DNA from: an uncultured Gammaproteobacteria bacterium
GTDB lineage: Bacteria > Patescibacteriota > Patescibacteriia > Magasanikbacterales > UBA922
Length of the DNA stretch: 64,000 nucleotides
Direction: 5' to 3'
Assembly: GCA_964447765.1 (NCBI GenBank)
Contig: CAYUTO010000001.1
Coordinates: forward strand, 28,110-92,109
Of this stretch, positions 39,714 to 49,870 are shown one piece after another (the first letter of the stretch is position 1; each line of letters opens with the position of its first letter). Both the position numbers and the translations under genes were made by a program. The notes beneath the pieces were generated by a model. The model did no database searches, was not told the origin of the DNA, and saw nothing but the letters and a program-made list of their open reading frames with translations.

Positions 39714-40745
39714 TTAGAAACCGCGTTTGATGCGCCTCAGGGTTTCAAATAACCACATAGGCCAGTATCGCACGTTATCAATCACGAGATCTTGGCATTC
39801 GATCAAATCTTTGATACTTCCTCCAAATCCTTTTTTGAAATGTGTAATACCTTTGAACGGATGATTTTTCTTTGCATGTTCTGGTGCAACACCCCAGAAA
39901 TTGTACCATTTCAGTCCCCTCTTTTTTGCTTCGCATATTGCTGCCCACTGTACGAGATATGGAGTTGGAATTTTATTATCAGTACTGAGGGATGCTCCAT
40001 GTCTGTAGGCTGCGGTAGTACCATAAAAATAAACGACCGCGCTTGCATCGAGTGTTCCATCGGGTAAATATGCATAGAACACCATTGCTTCTTTATTTTT
40101 TTCAAATGCTTTGAATTCTTTTTCTACATACTCATCTGAAAAACGAATAAATCCGTGGCGTTTGGCGGTTGTCGTGTGGAGTGTGTGGAATTCAGTAAGC
40201 TTATCGTGTGAAGTGTGTGAAACTATTTTCACTCTTTCTTTTTCGCACCTTCGAATCAGATTTCGGTGATTCTTATTCATGTTCTTCATGAGTTCGTCTC
40301 CACTTGGGGAAAGATCGAGAATGCAGGTGGTTTCTGCAAGTGCATGAATTGGTGCTTTCCTGAATCCGAGTGATTTGCATAACGCATTATTCCGTTCATT
40401 TGTTTCAATAAACGGACTTAGGCGAATAAATGAGACATTATATTCTCCTGCTTTCTCTTTCAAATAATTGGTAATTGATTGGAGTACTATTCCATATTCT
40501 TCATCATTTTTTGAAAGTGGTCCATACGGAAGATAGAAGTAGGATCCACGTTTTGCGTGAATCGCAATTACGAGTGCTCCACCGACGAGAGTACTCTCCT
40601 CGTATGCTCCAACGATAAATGATTCCTCGCTCATTGATTGATAAAAATTCCCGTATTCGACGGCTTGAGTCATGGGTGAGTATGGTACTTCGCGTACAAA
40701 GGTATTCCAGATTTTTTGATCTTCAATTTGTTTCACCACTATCAT
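39714..40745 (-). CDS. FemAB-family peptidyltransferase (peptidoglycan interpeptide bridge formation)
   Basis: 343 aa; FemAB-family layout (PF02388-like) with a GNAT-like duplicated fold. Confidence 0.6.
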   Translation of the reverse strand: MIVVKQIEDQKIWNTFVREVPYSPMTQAVEYGNFYQSMSEESFIVGAYEESTLVGGALVIAIHAKRGSYFYLPYGPLSKNDEEYGIVLQSITNYLKEKAGEYNVSFIRLSPFIETNERNNALCKSLGFRKAPIHALAETTCILDLSPSGDELMKNMNKNHRNLIRRCEKERVKIVSHTSHDKLTEFHTLHTTTAKRHGFIRFSDEYVEKEFKAFEKNKEAMVFYAYLPDGTLDASAVVYFYGTTAAYRHGASLSTDNKIPTPYLVQWAAICEAKKRGLKWYNFWGVAPEHAKKNHPFKGITHFKKGFGGSIKDLIECQDLVIDNVRYWPMWLFETLRRIKRGF

Positions 40746-41973
40746 AATATTTTTTTAGTAGTTGGCAGATTTTGTCCGCATGTTTTACTGAAATTTTTTG
40801 GGAAGTTGGTAGATTGAGTGAGCGCTTGGCAAGATCCTCTGCTATGGGACAGGTACCCATTACATACCCTGTTTTTTCAAGCCTAATATCATTGGGGCCA
40901 ATGACAGTGTCATACCAATCGCCGAGTAATATTCCTCGATTTTTGAAATACGTCATCACTTTGCCAGGTTCGCTTACGAGTACTGGATACCTGACATAAA
41001 AATTTCCATTTAGTTTTTGAGGCTTTTGAACTTTTTTGGTTCCAATTTCTTCATGATACCATCGAGCAATTTCACCTCGATGTTCGTTTACTTCTTCGAG
41101 CGCTTCGAGTTGGTTGCAGAGAATATGACACAGACTACTAGCAAGTCTTGAAACTTTGAAATGACTTCGAACACCTTCTTTTTCTTTTTCGTAGATTACG
41201 CGTCCTGTGATTGACAGTTTTTTCAGAGCTGCAAGTAATAATTTTCCAATTTTTATTTTGTACAGTGCTTTTCCAACTACAAATAAAGGGAAATTCCAGA
41301 GATATGGAAGCACCCACCAGCGTTTGGGATACTGAATTTTTTCATACAGTGCTCCAATTTTTTCTCCAATAGCGTCATTCATTGCAATTAATGCGCCTCC
41401 ACGTCCACACGAAATTGCCTTGTCTGTGCCAAAACTAAACATACCAATGTCGCCATAGGTACCTAATTTTTTCCCCTTGTACTCTCCTTCAATTGTGTGT
41501 GCAGAATCTTCAATCACTACGAGGTTATATTCCCTCGCAATACGCATAATCTGGTCTATTTCACAGGGAATTCCAAATGTGTGTTGAGCAATGATTGCTT
41601 TTGTTTTTGGAGAAATTTTTTCTCCAATTTTTGAAACATCTATATTAAAATCTGGACGTACATCAACGTACACTGGAATAGCACCCACCCATTTGATTGC
41701 ATTTATTACTACAACACAGGTATAGGCCTGTACGATCACCTCGTCTCCTTCCCCTACTCCTAGAGCTTGCAAACTCACTTCGAGTGCACTTCTCCCACTG
41801 TCAAAAAGATAGGTATGGTAGACTGAAAATTTCTTACGAAGTACGCGGCACGCTTTTGCTTCATACTCACCTCCCTTGATTACTTTACTCCATTTCCATG
41901 GCAGGAACAGATAAGCAAGTGCGGTGGTAACATCTTTTTTTGTAGCATTTGGCTGGAAACCAGTAAAAATCAT
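40723..41973 (-). CDS. DegT/DnrJ/EryC1/StrS-family PLP-dependent aminotransferase
   Basis: Family motifs including the PLP-binding Lys region SFGTDKAIS. Confidence 0.75.
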   Translation of the reverse strand: MIFTGFQPNATKKDVTTALAYLFLPWKWSKVIKGGEYEAKACRVLRKKFSVYHTYLFDSGRSALEVSLQALGVGEGDEVIVQAYTCVVVINAIKWVGAIPVYVDVRPDFNIDVSKIGEKISPKTKAIIAQHTFGIPCEIDQIMRIAREYNLVVIEDSAHTIEGEYKGKKLGTYGDIGMFSFGTDKAISCGRGGALIAMNDAIGEKIGALYEKIQYPKRWWVLPYLWNFPLFVVGKALYKIKIGKLLLAALKKLSITGRVIYEKEKEGVRSHFKVSRLASSLCHILCNQLEALEEVNEHRGEIARWYHEEIGTKKVQKPQKLNGNFYVRYPVLVSEPGKVMTYFKNRGILLGDWYDTVIGPNDIRLEKTGYVMGTCPIAEDLAKRSLNLPTSQKISVKHADKICQLLKKYYDSGETN

Positions 41974-41978
41974 AATTC

Positions 41979-43565
41979 TTATTTTATATACAGGTTCCGT
42001 ACGACACCAGGTATTTTATTTTCAATTAAAATCACATTTTCTCCTTCACGCAAATTATGTACATATTCGATCAATTTTTCAGTGTCGAATATTTCTTTAA
42101 CGGTGGTGTGATATTTTTCGAGAATTCCTCTTTTTAAATCTGTAGCAAAGTCTGTGGTTGTAATTACTAATTCATCAGCTGCAAAAGAAATTTCATTTCC
42201 TATTTTTTCATGTAGTTCGCTACTTTCTTTTCCTAGCTCATGCATTCCACGGGTGATAACTATTTTTGTTTTGGTTGCAGGAAAAGTGGAAAGAATATCT
42301 AGTGCTGCTCTAAATCCATCGGGGTTTGAATTGTAGCTATCATCGATAATGATGGCTTTACCAAACTCATACATCTTTATTCCTTGCTCGGGTTGAATTA
42401 GTGCATTCACTGCTGCAGTGATCTCGCTCGTGCTCATACCCAAGTGTTTGGCTACGATGATACAAGGGGCAATGTTTGATGCTTGGTGTTCGCCAATCAA
42501 TTTTGGTTGAACTGTTATTTTTTCTATTATCTCATTGGTAGTTAGGGCGTACGTTGCTTCGAGTTTACCTTCACGACCTCTTACTGATTCGATCAGACAA
42601 TTAGGGTTATTTGAGACTTCGGTACCAAATGTTTTGACTGTACTTTTTAAATCTTTAATGTACTCCATGCAGAGCGCGTTGTCAGCGTTGGTAATAGCTA
42701 GACCTGTCTCAGGCATTGCACGTAGGAGCTCATATTTTGTTTTCTGGATATTTTCTATCGAACCAAATAGACTTAAATGCTGCTGATTGATCGCTGTTAG
42801 AATTCCAATTGTTGGGTGAACGATATCGCAGACTAAGGTGATATCTCCTTTGTTGTAGGCTCCCATCTCCACAATACACACGTCGATAGTGGAAAAATCT
42901 GTTGCAAGAATAAATTTGGAAATTCCGATGTCACTATTAGTGTTTTTTGGGGTACTCGCGACTTTATATTTGTGAGACAAGATTTGTGCAAGTAATTCTT
43001 TTACTGAAGTTTTTCCGTAGCTTCCGGTAATTCCGATTTTGATTATGTTTGGATATTTTTGAAGTTTTTTTTCAGCCATCTTGAAATATACATGCTTAAT
43101 CTGATTCGTTGCCCAATCAATTCCGGTAACTACAAAACTGAGAATCGCGAGACGAATTGAACTCACGAATAATACGAGACTCCAGTCCCGAGTAATTGCA
43201 TATACGAGATACTCAAGTATGAGAGATCCTACTAGTATCAATCCTGCTTTTATGCTTAGTTTGGGACGGCGATACTGTCCTTTGAATTTACGGAGCGCAC
43301 TGTATCCAATATCGGCAATGAAGACACTAAAAATGATATATACTATCGTAGTGCTGTTTATTGGCCACCATATGAATAGAACAAGTGCAATAATCAGTCT
43401 AAGTATGGTGTATGGATTGGTTATGAGAGATCTACCTTGTTTTGTTGAAAGAAAATCCTTGAAACGGTCGATTCTATACCATTTGAGCTGCCAAAAATAG
43501 CAGTATTCAGTATATATGAGTACTGCACTCAAAAACCACATGAGATATAGGAGACTCTCTTTCAT
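41979..43565 (-). CDS. murF: UDP-MurNAc-tripeptide--D-Ala-D-Ala ligase (MurF) with about 170-aa N-terminal multi-TM extension
   Basis: Mur ligase P-loop GITGSYGKTS and the MurF-specific DDSYNSNP motif; four predicted TM helices precede the ligase. Confidence 0.75.
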   Translation of the reverse strand: MKESLLYLMWFLSAVLIYTEYCYFWQLKWYRIDRFKDFLSTKQGRSLITNPYTILRLIIALVLFIWWPINSTTIVYIIFSVFIADIGYSALRKFKGQYRRPKLSIKAGLILVGSLILEYLVYAITRDWSLVLFVSSIRLAILSFVVTGIDWATNQIKHVYFKMAEKKLQKYPNIIKIGITGSYGKTSVKELLAQILSHKYKVASTPKNTNSDIGISKFILATDFSTIDVCIVEMGAYNKGDITLVCDIVHPTIGILTAINQQHLSLFGSIENIQKTKYELLRAMPETGLAITNADNALCMEYIKDLKSTVKTFGTEVSNNPNCLIESVRGREGKLEATYALTTNEIIEKITVQPKLIGEHQASNIAPCIIVAKHLGMSTSEITAAVNALIQPEQGIKMYEFGKAIIIDDSYNSNPDGFRAALDILSTFPATKTKIVITRGMHELGKESSELHEKIGNEISFAADELVITTTDFATDLKRGILEKYHTTVKEIFDTEKLIEYVHNLREGENVILIENKIPGVVRNLYIK

Positions 43566-43577
43566 AACGTGCGGGGG

Positions 43578-44318
43578 TTAACCTGTAGTATACCTTTCTT
43601 TGAGTGTCTTGAGAATATCAGTCGCGTGCGTATGATGAAGCCCGTGTTTACCATTATTGAATACAATTAATTCAGCATTTGGTAGTTTTTTTGCAATTAA
43701 TTTTCCATGTCGTAATGGCGTATACGTGTCATGTTTTCCCCAGAACACGAGTGTACTCCCCATAATTTTTGGTAGAGCGTGTCGCATGTCTTCACGAATA
43801 ACTTTCCTAAATATTTCTCGTTCAATTCCCGTAGTTTGAACATAGTCGGGAGAAAAAATCGCATTGTACATTTTTTTCTTTATTTCCGACGCTTTGGTGT
43901 TATTTGTATTAGTTCGGAGTACTATTTTTGCTATTTTGACACAGGTGCGGAAAATGGCACGCTTGATAATGCGTCGTGGGCGCACCACAGCCGCTGCGAT
44001 GAGTACAAGTTCGTCAAATGAGTCTGGATGTATGCTTGCGGTGTATGTAGCCACCTGCCCACCAAATGAGTGGCCTAGTAAGATTATTTTTTTGCTACCT
44101 GATTCTTTTTTTATTTCTTTTAACCGCAGATTCACATACTCGGCATATTGCTCCACCCCCCATACACTCTGCGGACACGCAACTCCGCCAAAACATGGAA
44201 GTTCGATACAATGCACGTCAAAATTTTCTTTTGCCGTAGCAATGAATTCTTTCCAGGTCTCCTGGCTCCCTCCCCAACCTGGGACAATGCATAATACTGG
44301 GCGAGTATGCTCCACCAT
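43578..44318 (-). CDS. Alpha/beta-fold hydrolase
   Basis: Nucleophile elbow GHSFGG and overall fold length. Confidence 0.6.
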   Translation of the reverse strand: MVEHTRPVLCIVPGWGGSQETWKEFIATAKENFDVHCIELPCFGGVACPQSVWGVEQYAEYVNLRLKEIKKESGSKKIILLGHSFGGQVATYTASIHPDSFDELVLIAAAVVRPRRIIKRAIFRTCVKIAKIVLRTNTNNTKASEIKKKMYNAIFSPDYVQTTGIEREIFRKVIREDMRHALPKIMGSTLVFWGKHDTYTPLRHGKLIAKKLPNAELIVFNNGKHGLHHTHATDILKTLKERYTTG

Positions 44319-44322
44319 ACAT

Positions 44323-45561
44323 TTATAATGATTTTTTATTTCCTAAGTATGGTTGTAATGCTTTTGGAATATTCACTGTACCATCTTCGTTCTGATGATT
44401 TTCAATAAGCGTGATTGGGAAGCGACTGGTAACAATTGCGGTGCCATTGAGTGTATGCACAAACTCTGATTTTCCATCAGCATTTTTATACTTGATATTT
44501 GCCCGGCGAGCCTGGTAATCAGTGCAGTTACTTGTACTGGTGATCTCGCCATAGCCTTCATTCATCACCATCCACGCTTCAATATCAAATTTTCGGTATG
44601 CAGGACCACCAAGGTCCCCGCTTGCAATGTCGATTACTCGATATGGAATTTCTAGTCCGTCACAAATTTCTTTTTCAATTGATAATAATTCCTCATGCAT
44701 TTTTTCACTGTCTTCAGGTGTGCAGAATACAAACATTTCAAGCTTGGTAAACTGATGTACACGGTACAAACCCTTGCTGGTACGTCCATAGGCTCCTGCT
44801 TCGGTACGGAAACAGTGTGAAAGAGCTACATATTTCTTTGGTCCTTTTGACAGATCAAGTACTTCATCAGCATGATAGCCTAATACTGAAATTTCAGCGG
44901 TACCAATGAGACTGAGGTCTTCTCCTGCAATTGAATAGATCTGTGTTTCTTCTCCTCGAGGATTGAATCCTGCGCTTTCGAGAATTTCATGACGTGCGAG
45001 ATCAGGGGTTTCTAGTAATTCAAATCCATGTTTTGTAGCAGTATCGATTCCGTATGTAATTAGAGTTTGGTTTAATCGAACCAAGTCATTTTTTGCAAAA
45101 TAAAATTTGGAACCTGCAACTTTGGCACCTCGTTCAAAATCAATCCAGTTTCGCTCGAGCATTATAGCTTCGTGGTCTTTTGGTGTGAATGCAAATGTTG
45201 GCGCCTTTAAGTGCTCTGTGATAACTTTAAAATCGTCTTCTCCTCCTATGGGAGTATCTTTATGTGTTATATTTGGGATTTGTAGAAGCAATTCTTTTCT
45301 TTTTACCTGAAGACCTTCCATTTCTTTTTCAACTTTCTTTATTTCCTCCCCTAGTGTTTTCATTTGTTCAATAACCTCTGGAGTTGGTTTGGTTTTTGAT
45401 GATTTGTTTCGGTCTGCGCGCAATGTATCCAGTGATGGACTTAATTCTCTAATTTGATCGTCGTATTCTAACAAAGCGTCAATATCTACTTTTACGTGAC
45501 GGTCTTTGCAGTTTTTTTGCACTTCTTCTGTATGTTCGCGAATGTATTTGATGTCGATCAT
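44323..45561 (-). CDS. serS: Serine--tRNA ligase
   Basis: N-terminal coiled-coil arm and class II motifs. Confidence 0.9.
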   Translation of the reverse strand: MIDIKYIREHTEEVQKNCKDRHVKVDIDALLEYDDQIRELSPSLDTLRADRNKSSKTKPTPEVIEQMKTLGEEIKKVEKEMEGLQVKRKELLLQIPNITHKDTPIGGEDDFKVITEHLKAPTFAFTPKDHEAIMLERNWIDFERGAKVAGSKFYFAKNDLVRLNQTLITYGIDTATKHGFELLETPDLARHEILESAGFNPRGEETQIYSIAGEDLSLIGTAEISVLGYHADEVLDLSKGPKKYVALSHCFRTEAGAYGRTSKGLYRVHQFTKLEMFVFCTPEDSEKMHEELLSIEKEICDGLEIPYRVIDIASGDLGGPAYRKFDIEAWMVMNEGYGEITSTSNCTDYQARRANIKYKNADGKSEFVHTLNGTAIVTSRFPITLIENHQNEDGTVNIPKALQPYLGNKKSL

Positions 45562-45572
45562 AGAGATCTTGA

Positions 45573-46619
45573 TTACAGGTTGTTAGTGTTGATTACTTTT
45601 ATAAGTTCCGGATAAATTTCTTCGTACATTTTTTTATTTTCTCCAATAAGGTTGTACGTAGTTATTTCTTGTGGTAATACCCATGCTGTTTCCAATACCT
45701 CCTCATCGTTTACTTTTCCATCTCCTCCGGTAATGGTACATACGAATGGGAGAAGGTAGATCTGGATGCCGTAATGCGTGCTACGAGGATTTTTGATTTG
45801 TACGGTCCAGACGTGTTTGAGTTGGGTTATTATCCGAACATCATACCCACATTCTTCCTTAATTTCTCGTATTACATTTTCTTGCACTTTCTCTCCTATT
45901 TCCACTCCCCCGCCAGGAAATTCCCATAGCCCGTGTAATTCTGGTTTTTCAACATCGTTTCGTTTATTGATAAGGATTTTTCCATCTTTTACTATAATCC
46001 CGACTGGTACTACCACATGTTTGCCACCGTACGCGTTCACTACATAGCGTTTTATTCCGGCAACTGCTTTTGTTCGATGGCTTATGCTGTTTTTTTCACT
46101 TTCTCCCATCTCTGCATACGTCTTTTGTGCTTCGGGGATGTAGAAAATGGGGTCGTACCCAAAGCCGCTTTCACCTTTTTTTTCTTTTAAAATTATACCG
46201 TTTGTTTTGCCTGTTCCTATAAATAGGTCATTCGAATGAGGATCAATAATTGCGAGAGCTGCTTGAAATGATGCGGTTCTCTTGTTTTCATCGATTACGC
46301 CGGCAAGCTTTTCAAGCACTTGCACTGTCCTACTATCTGAATTTTCTGCAATTCGAGCACTTTTCACTCCTGGCCACCCATTGAGCGCATCTATGAATAC
46401 TCCGCTATCATCTGCAATAGTGATAAGTCCTGAGTGATGTGCATAGTATCGTGCCTTCAAAATCGCGTTTCCTTCGATTGTTGGCTCAGTCTCTTCGGGT
46501 TCTACTATGTTCTGATCCAGGTCTCGAAGTGAAATATACGTAGCAGGAGTAGATTTCAATAATTCTTTCAATTCCTTGAATTTTCCTTCATTCGTTGTTG
46601 CGATCAGAATTTTTTTCAT
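45573..46619 (-). CDS. Fusion of non-canonical purine NTP pyrophosphatase (RdgB/HAM1) with a Nudix hydrolase domain
   Basis: N-terminal ILIATTNEGKFKE (Ham1) and a C-terminal Nudix box GxxEFPGGGVEIGE...REIKEECG. Confidence 0.7.
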   Translation of the reverse strand: MKKILIATTNEGKFKELKELLKSTPATYISLRDLDQNIVEPEETEPTIEGNAILKARYYAHHSGLITIADDSGVFIDALNGWPGVKSARIAENSDSRTVQVLEKLAGVIDENKRTASFQAALAIIDPHSNDLFIGTGKTNGIILKEKKGESGFGYDPIFYIPEAQKTYAEMGESEKNSISHRTKAVAGIKRYVVNAYGGKHVVVPVGIIVKDGKILINKRNDVEKPELHGLWEFPGGGVEIGEKVQENVIREIKEECGYDVRIITQLKHVWTVQIKNPRSTHYGIQIYLLPFVCTITGGDGKVNDEEVLETAWVLPQEITTYNLIGENKKMYEEIYPELIKVINTNNL

Positions 46620-47035
46620 AGACGCGTAATGAGCTTTTCTTTTATCATTCCGGTCTTATATTTATCTGCTTTGTACGCTTTTGCACGAACAATCTGAGTA
46701 TCAAATCCAAATTCTTTTATTTTATTCTCCAATTCTTCCGTAAACATTTTTTGGTCATATCCGAGCAAAATGGTATCTGGTTTGATGTTTTTTATTACTT
46801 TATATACATCTGACTTGTCGCCGAGAATTACACGGTCGATTATTGATAATTCTTGGAGAAATGACACGCGTTCTTTTTCTCCAAATACAGGGTCTGCACC
46901 TTTGATTCCGCGTGCTCGTTTGTCACGTGCCACAACAACAATCAAAGTGTCTCCATATTTTTTTGCTTCATGAAAAAGTGCAATATGCCCCAAGTGCACG
47001 ATGTCGAATGTACCAAATACCATTACTGTTTCCAT
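46616..47035 (-). CDS. Cytidylyltransferase-family nucleotidyltransferase (TagD/RibL-like)
   Basis: HxGH motif GTFDIVHLGH; 139 aa. Confidence 0.65.
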   Translation of the reverse strand: METVMVFGTFDIVHLGHIALFHEAKKYGDTLIVVVARDKRARGIKGADPVFGEKERVSFLQELSIIDRVILGDKSDVYKVIKNIKPDTILLGYDQKMFTEELENKIKEFGFDTQIVRAKAYKADKYKTGMIKEKLITRL

Positions 47036-47038
47036 ATC

Positions 47039-48529
47039 TTAGGTTTTCTTTTTTGCAGCTTTTTTCTGTTCCAATGGTTTTACGATTGGAAATACGATTA
47101 CGTCTTTCAGTGTATGTGATCCAGTGATTAATGCCGCGAGTCGATCGATACCAATACCGGTGCCAGTAGCTGGAGGCATTCCATATTCCAGTGCTTCTAC
47201 AAAATCATCATCCATTTCCATCGCCTCATCATCTCCTGCTTTTTTATTCTCTGCTTGAGAAGCAAAGCGTTCACGCTGATCAATTGGATCATTTAATTCG
47301 GTGTATGAGTTGCTTACTTCAAATCCATTTACAATAAGCTGAAACATTTCAGTATATCGACGATCTTCGGCATGTTTTGCGAGCGGCTTTAATTCAGCTG
47401 GATAATTCAATACAAACGTTGGTTGAATAATTTTTGGTCGCGCAGTTGCTTTGTATAGGTCGTCTGCAAGTCTGCCAAATCCTGCTTTTGGATCTATTGC
47501 ATGACCGTTGGCTTTCATAGCTTCGGCAAGTTTTTCTTTGGTGTCTGCAATATTTAGATCTATTCCTGAATATTCGAGTACGATATCTCTAAATGTTACT
47601 CGTTTGTATGGAGGTTTGAAATCAATCGTATTTCCTTCAAGCTCAATTTTGAGTCCTCCAATAGCGTCTGCGATAATACGAGGAAGCATTTCTTCGTGCA
47701 ACTTCATATTATCCTCATAATCCGCGTATGCCCAGTAATATTCGATCTGAGTAAACTCAGGATTATGTTGATGATCGACTCCTTCATTTCTAAAACATCG
47801 TCCAATTTCAAATATTTTTTCAAATCCTCCGACCAGTAATCTCTTTTGTGGGATTTCAATTGCAATACGTAGATGCACGGGCATGTCATACGCATTGAAA
47901 TGTGTATCAAATGTTTTTGCAAGAGCCCCTGACGCAACAGTTTCGAGCATCGGAGTTTCTACTTCGATAAAGCCTTTTGCATACATGAATTCGCGAAGTG
48001 AGCGTACCAATTTTGACCGTGTAACAATTTTATTTTTTAATTCACTGTTTACAATAAAATCAAGATAGCGTTTGCGCATCTTTATTTCTTCATCTTGGAG
48101 ACCGTAAAATTTATCAGGAAGTGGGAGGAGTGCTTTTGCTAATAGTGTAAAAGATTTTACCAAAATTGATTCTTCACCTTTTTGCGTAATAAAACGTTCA
48201 CCGGTAACCTGTATAATATCACCTGCGTCTAGTTTTTTTACAAACATTTTGTAGGATTCGTCGCCAAGGTCATCTTTTTTCAATACTACCTGGATTTTAC
48301 CGCTCTCATCCTGAATATGGCAGAAGGTTAATTTTCCCATTTCTCGTTTTACCATGATTCTACCTGCAATCGTCACGCTTGCCTCATGTTTTTCCTGCAT
48401 GGCTTCGGCTGTGGTATGGGTACGATGTGATCGAGCTGGGTAGGCATCAACACCACTTTCTTGCAGCTCTCGAAGCTTCTGAAGTCTTACGCTTCTTTCG
48501 TCATTGATATTTACTGATTTTTGCTCCAT
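47039..48529 (-). CDS. lysS: Lysine--tRNA ligase, class II
   Basis: N-terminal OB anticodon-binding domain and class II catalytic motifs. Confidence 0.9.
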   Translation of the reverse strand: MEQKSVNINDERSVRLQKLRELQESGVDAYPARSHRTHTTAEAMQEKHEASVTIAGRIMVKREMGKLTFCHIQDESGKIQVVLKKDDLGDESYKMFVKKLDAGDIIQVTGERFITQKGEESILVKSFTLLAKALLPLPDKFYGLQDEEIKMRKRYLDFIVNSELKNKIVTRSKLVRSLREFMYAKGFIEVETPMLETVASGALAKTFDTHFNAYDMPVHLRIAIEIPQKRLLVGGFEKIFEIGRCFRNEGVDHQHNPEFTQIEYYWAYADYEDNMKLHEEMLPRIIADAIGGLKIELEGNTIDFKPPYKRVTFRDIVLEYSGIDLNIADTKEKLAEAMKANGHAIDPKAGFGRLADDLYKATARPKIIQPTFVLNYPAELKPLAKHAEDRRYTEMFQLIVNGFEVSNSYTELNDPIDQRERFASQAENKKAGDDEAMEMDDDFVEALEYGMPPATGTGIGIDRLAALITGSHTLKDVIVFPIVKPLEQKKAAKKKT

Positions 48530-48639
48530 AAAAACTGTTAATTAAGCTGATTTTTGTTGATTTTATAGTAGCAGAAATGCCTAAAAATTACAAACCTTTC
48601 AAATATGGCTAAAAATAGATAAAAACGACTATAAATGAA

Positions 48640-48695
48640 GAACCGCACCCGAGAGACAGGTGCGATGCTTCGCGATGTCTCGATCAGGGGTGCGG
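48640..48695 (-). terminator. GC-rich hairpin terminator for cassette F (CCGCACCC...GGGTGCGG plus T-run on the minus strand)
   Basis: Seen in sequence immediately 3' of the 48711 stop. Confidence 0.5.
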
Positions 48696-48710
48696 GGATT
48701 GTCGGGTAAA

Positions 48711-49130
48711 TCACTTATCTCCTGTCTGCATCTTGACCTTTCGAGCATTGCGCTCTCGAATCTTGATGGTTACTCCGCAGATGATCAGCGTGATCAGAAA
48801 GAAGATGAAGCCTACCAAGTTCACCACGAATTTGATCGGCCACAGGAAAGTAGTGCACACCGCGTAGGTTGTTTCAGGCCACATGTTGTTGGGGTCTATT
48901 CCGGGTGTCCTCTCATATGGGACACTGCTTGAGAACACGTTGTCGTATATCTCCTTGGCACATGTCCAAGGGAATACGACGGCATACAGAAGATACGGAC
49001 CTGTACCCGCATTGTCCCGCGTATGCCAGCTGTCTTTTGCCACTATTGACGTTGTAGTGACGTTCAGTCCGATGAAGAAGTAGAGAGCGCCTGACGCGAT
49101 CACTATAACCAAACCTAACTCGAAAGACAT
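48711..49130 (-). CDS. Hypothetical membrane protein, GC-rich cassette F
   Basis: 139 aa with 2-3 TM helices; about 50% GC; own TTGACA-17/18 nt-TAAGAT promoter at about 49205-49235 (minus strand) and an AAAGGA RBS. Confidence 0.45.
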   Translation of the reverse strand: MSFELGLVIVIASGALYFFIGLNVTTTSIVAKDSWHTRDNAGTGPYLLYAVVFPWTCAKEIYDNVFSSSVPYERTPGIDPNNMWPETTYAVCTTFLWPIKFVVNLVGFIFFLITLIICGVTIKIRERNARKVKMQTGDK

Positions 49131-49254
49131 ACGTATGATCCTTTGGTTTTGAAGTTAGCGATGTGCTAACTTTTGAGATTATCTTACTCTAGTAATATAT
49201 TTTGTCAATAAAAAAATCACCCCTATTACGGGGTGATGAATACTCATTTTGAAT

Positions 49255-49716
49255 TTAGTTTAATTCTTCAATTTTGTATTCCTGAGGTCCTGAGGGTAAT
49301 ACCACTGTAATCTTTTGTCCTTTTTTTCCACCAAGAAAAGCATTGCCCAATGGAGACTCATTTGAAATTCTTCCTTCAACTGGATTTGCTTCTTGTGCTC
49401 CTACGATAGTGTATTCTTTTTTCTTTCCATTGGCAGACACTACAATACGTGAACCAATTTCTACCGTATCACCTTTTCCTCCTTGCTTTGAAATAATTTC
49501 TGCATTATCAATAAGGTACACCAGTTCTTTGACTCTGGTTTGTGCCCACGCCATATCTTCTCTGGCTGCGTGGTACTCAGCATTTTCTGACAAATCCCCC
49601 ATCTGTCGCGCATCATCGATACGTTTTGCAAGTCCTGGAATTTTTTCTTCTTTGAGATTTTTCAGCTCAGTTCTGAGTTTTTCAATTTTTTCTTCGGTCA
49701 TGTATTGTGGCGACAT
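49255..49716 (-). CDS. greA: Transcription elongation factor GreA
   Basis: N-terminal coiled-coil with conserved acidic tip (DLSENAEY) and a C-terminal FKBP-like domain. Confidence 0.85.
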   Translation of the reverse strand: MSPQYMTEEKIEKLRTELKNLKEEKIPGLAKRIDDARQMGDLSENAEYHAAREDMAWAQTRVKELVYLIDNAEIISKQGGKGDTVEIGSRIVVSANGKKKEYTIVGAQEANPVEGRISNESPLGNAFLGGKKGQKITVVLPSGPQEYKIEELN

Positions 49717-49870
49717 ATGAGGAGTTGCTTAGCTAACTTTTAAAAAAATGTTCCGGCTATTACCAGGATTAGTACCAGTGTAACATACACCAGTCTAAAG
49801 TCAAAAATCTATAAAGTCATAAAGTATTTTGTATTTGACTTTACCGACTTTCAGACTTTATGACTTTCGA

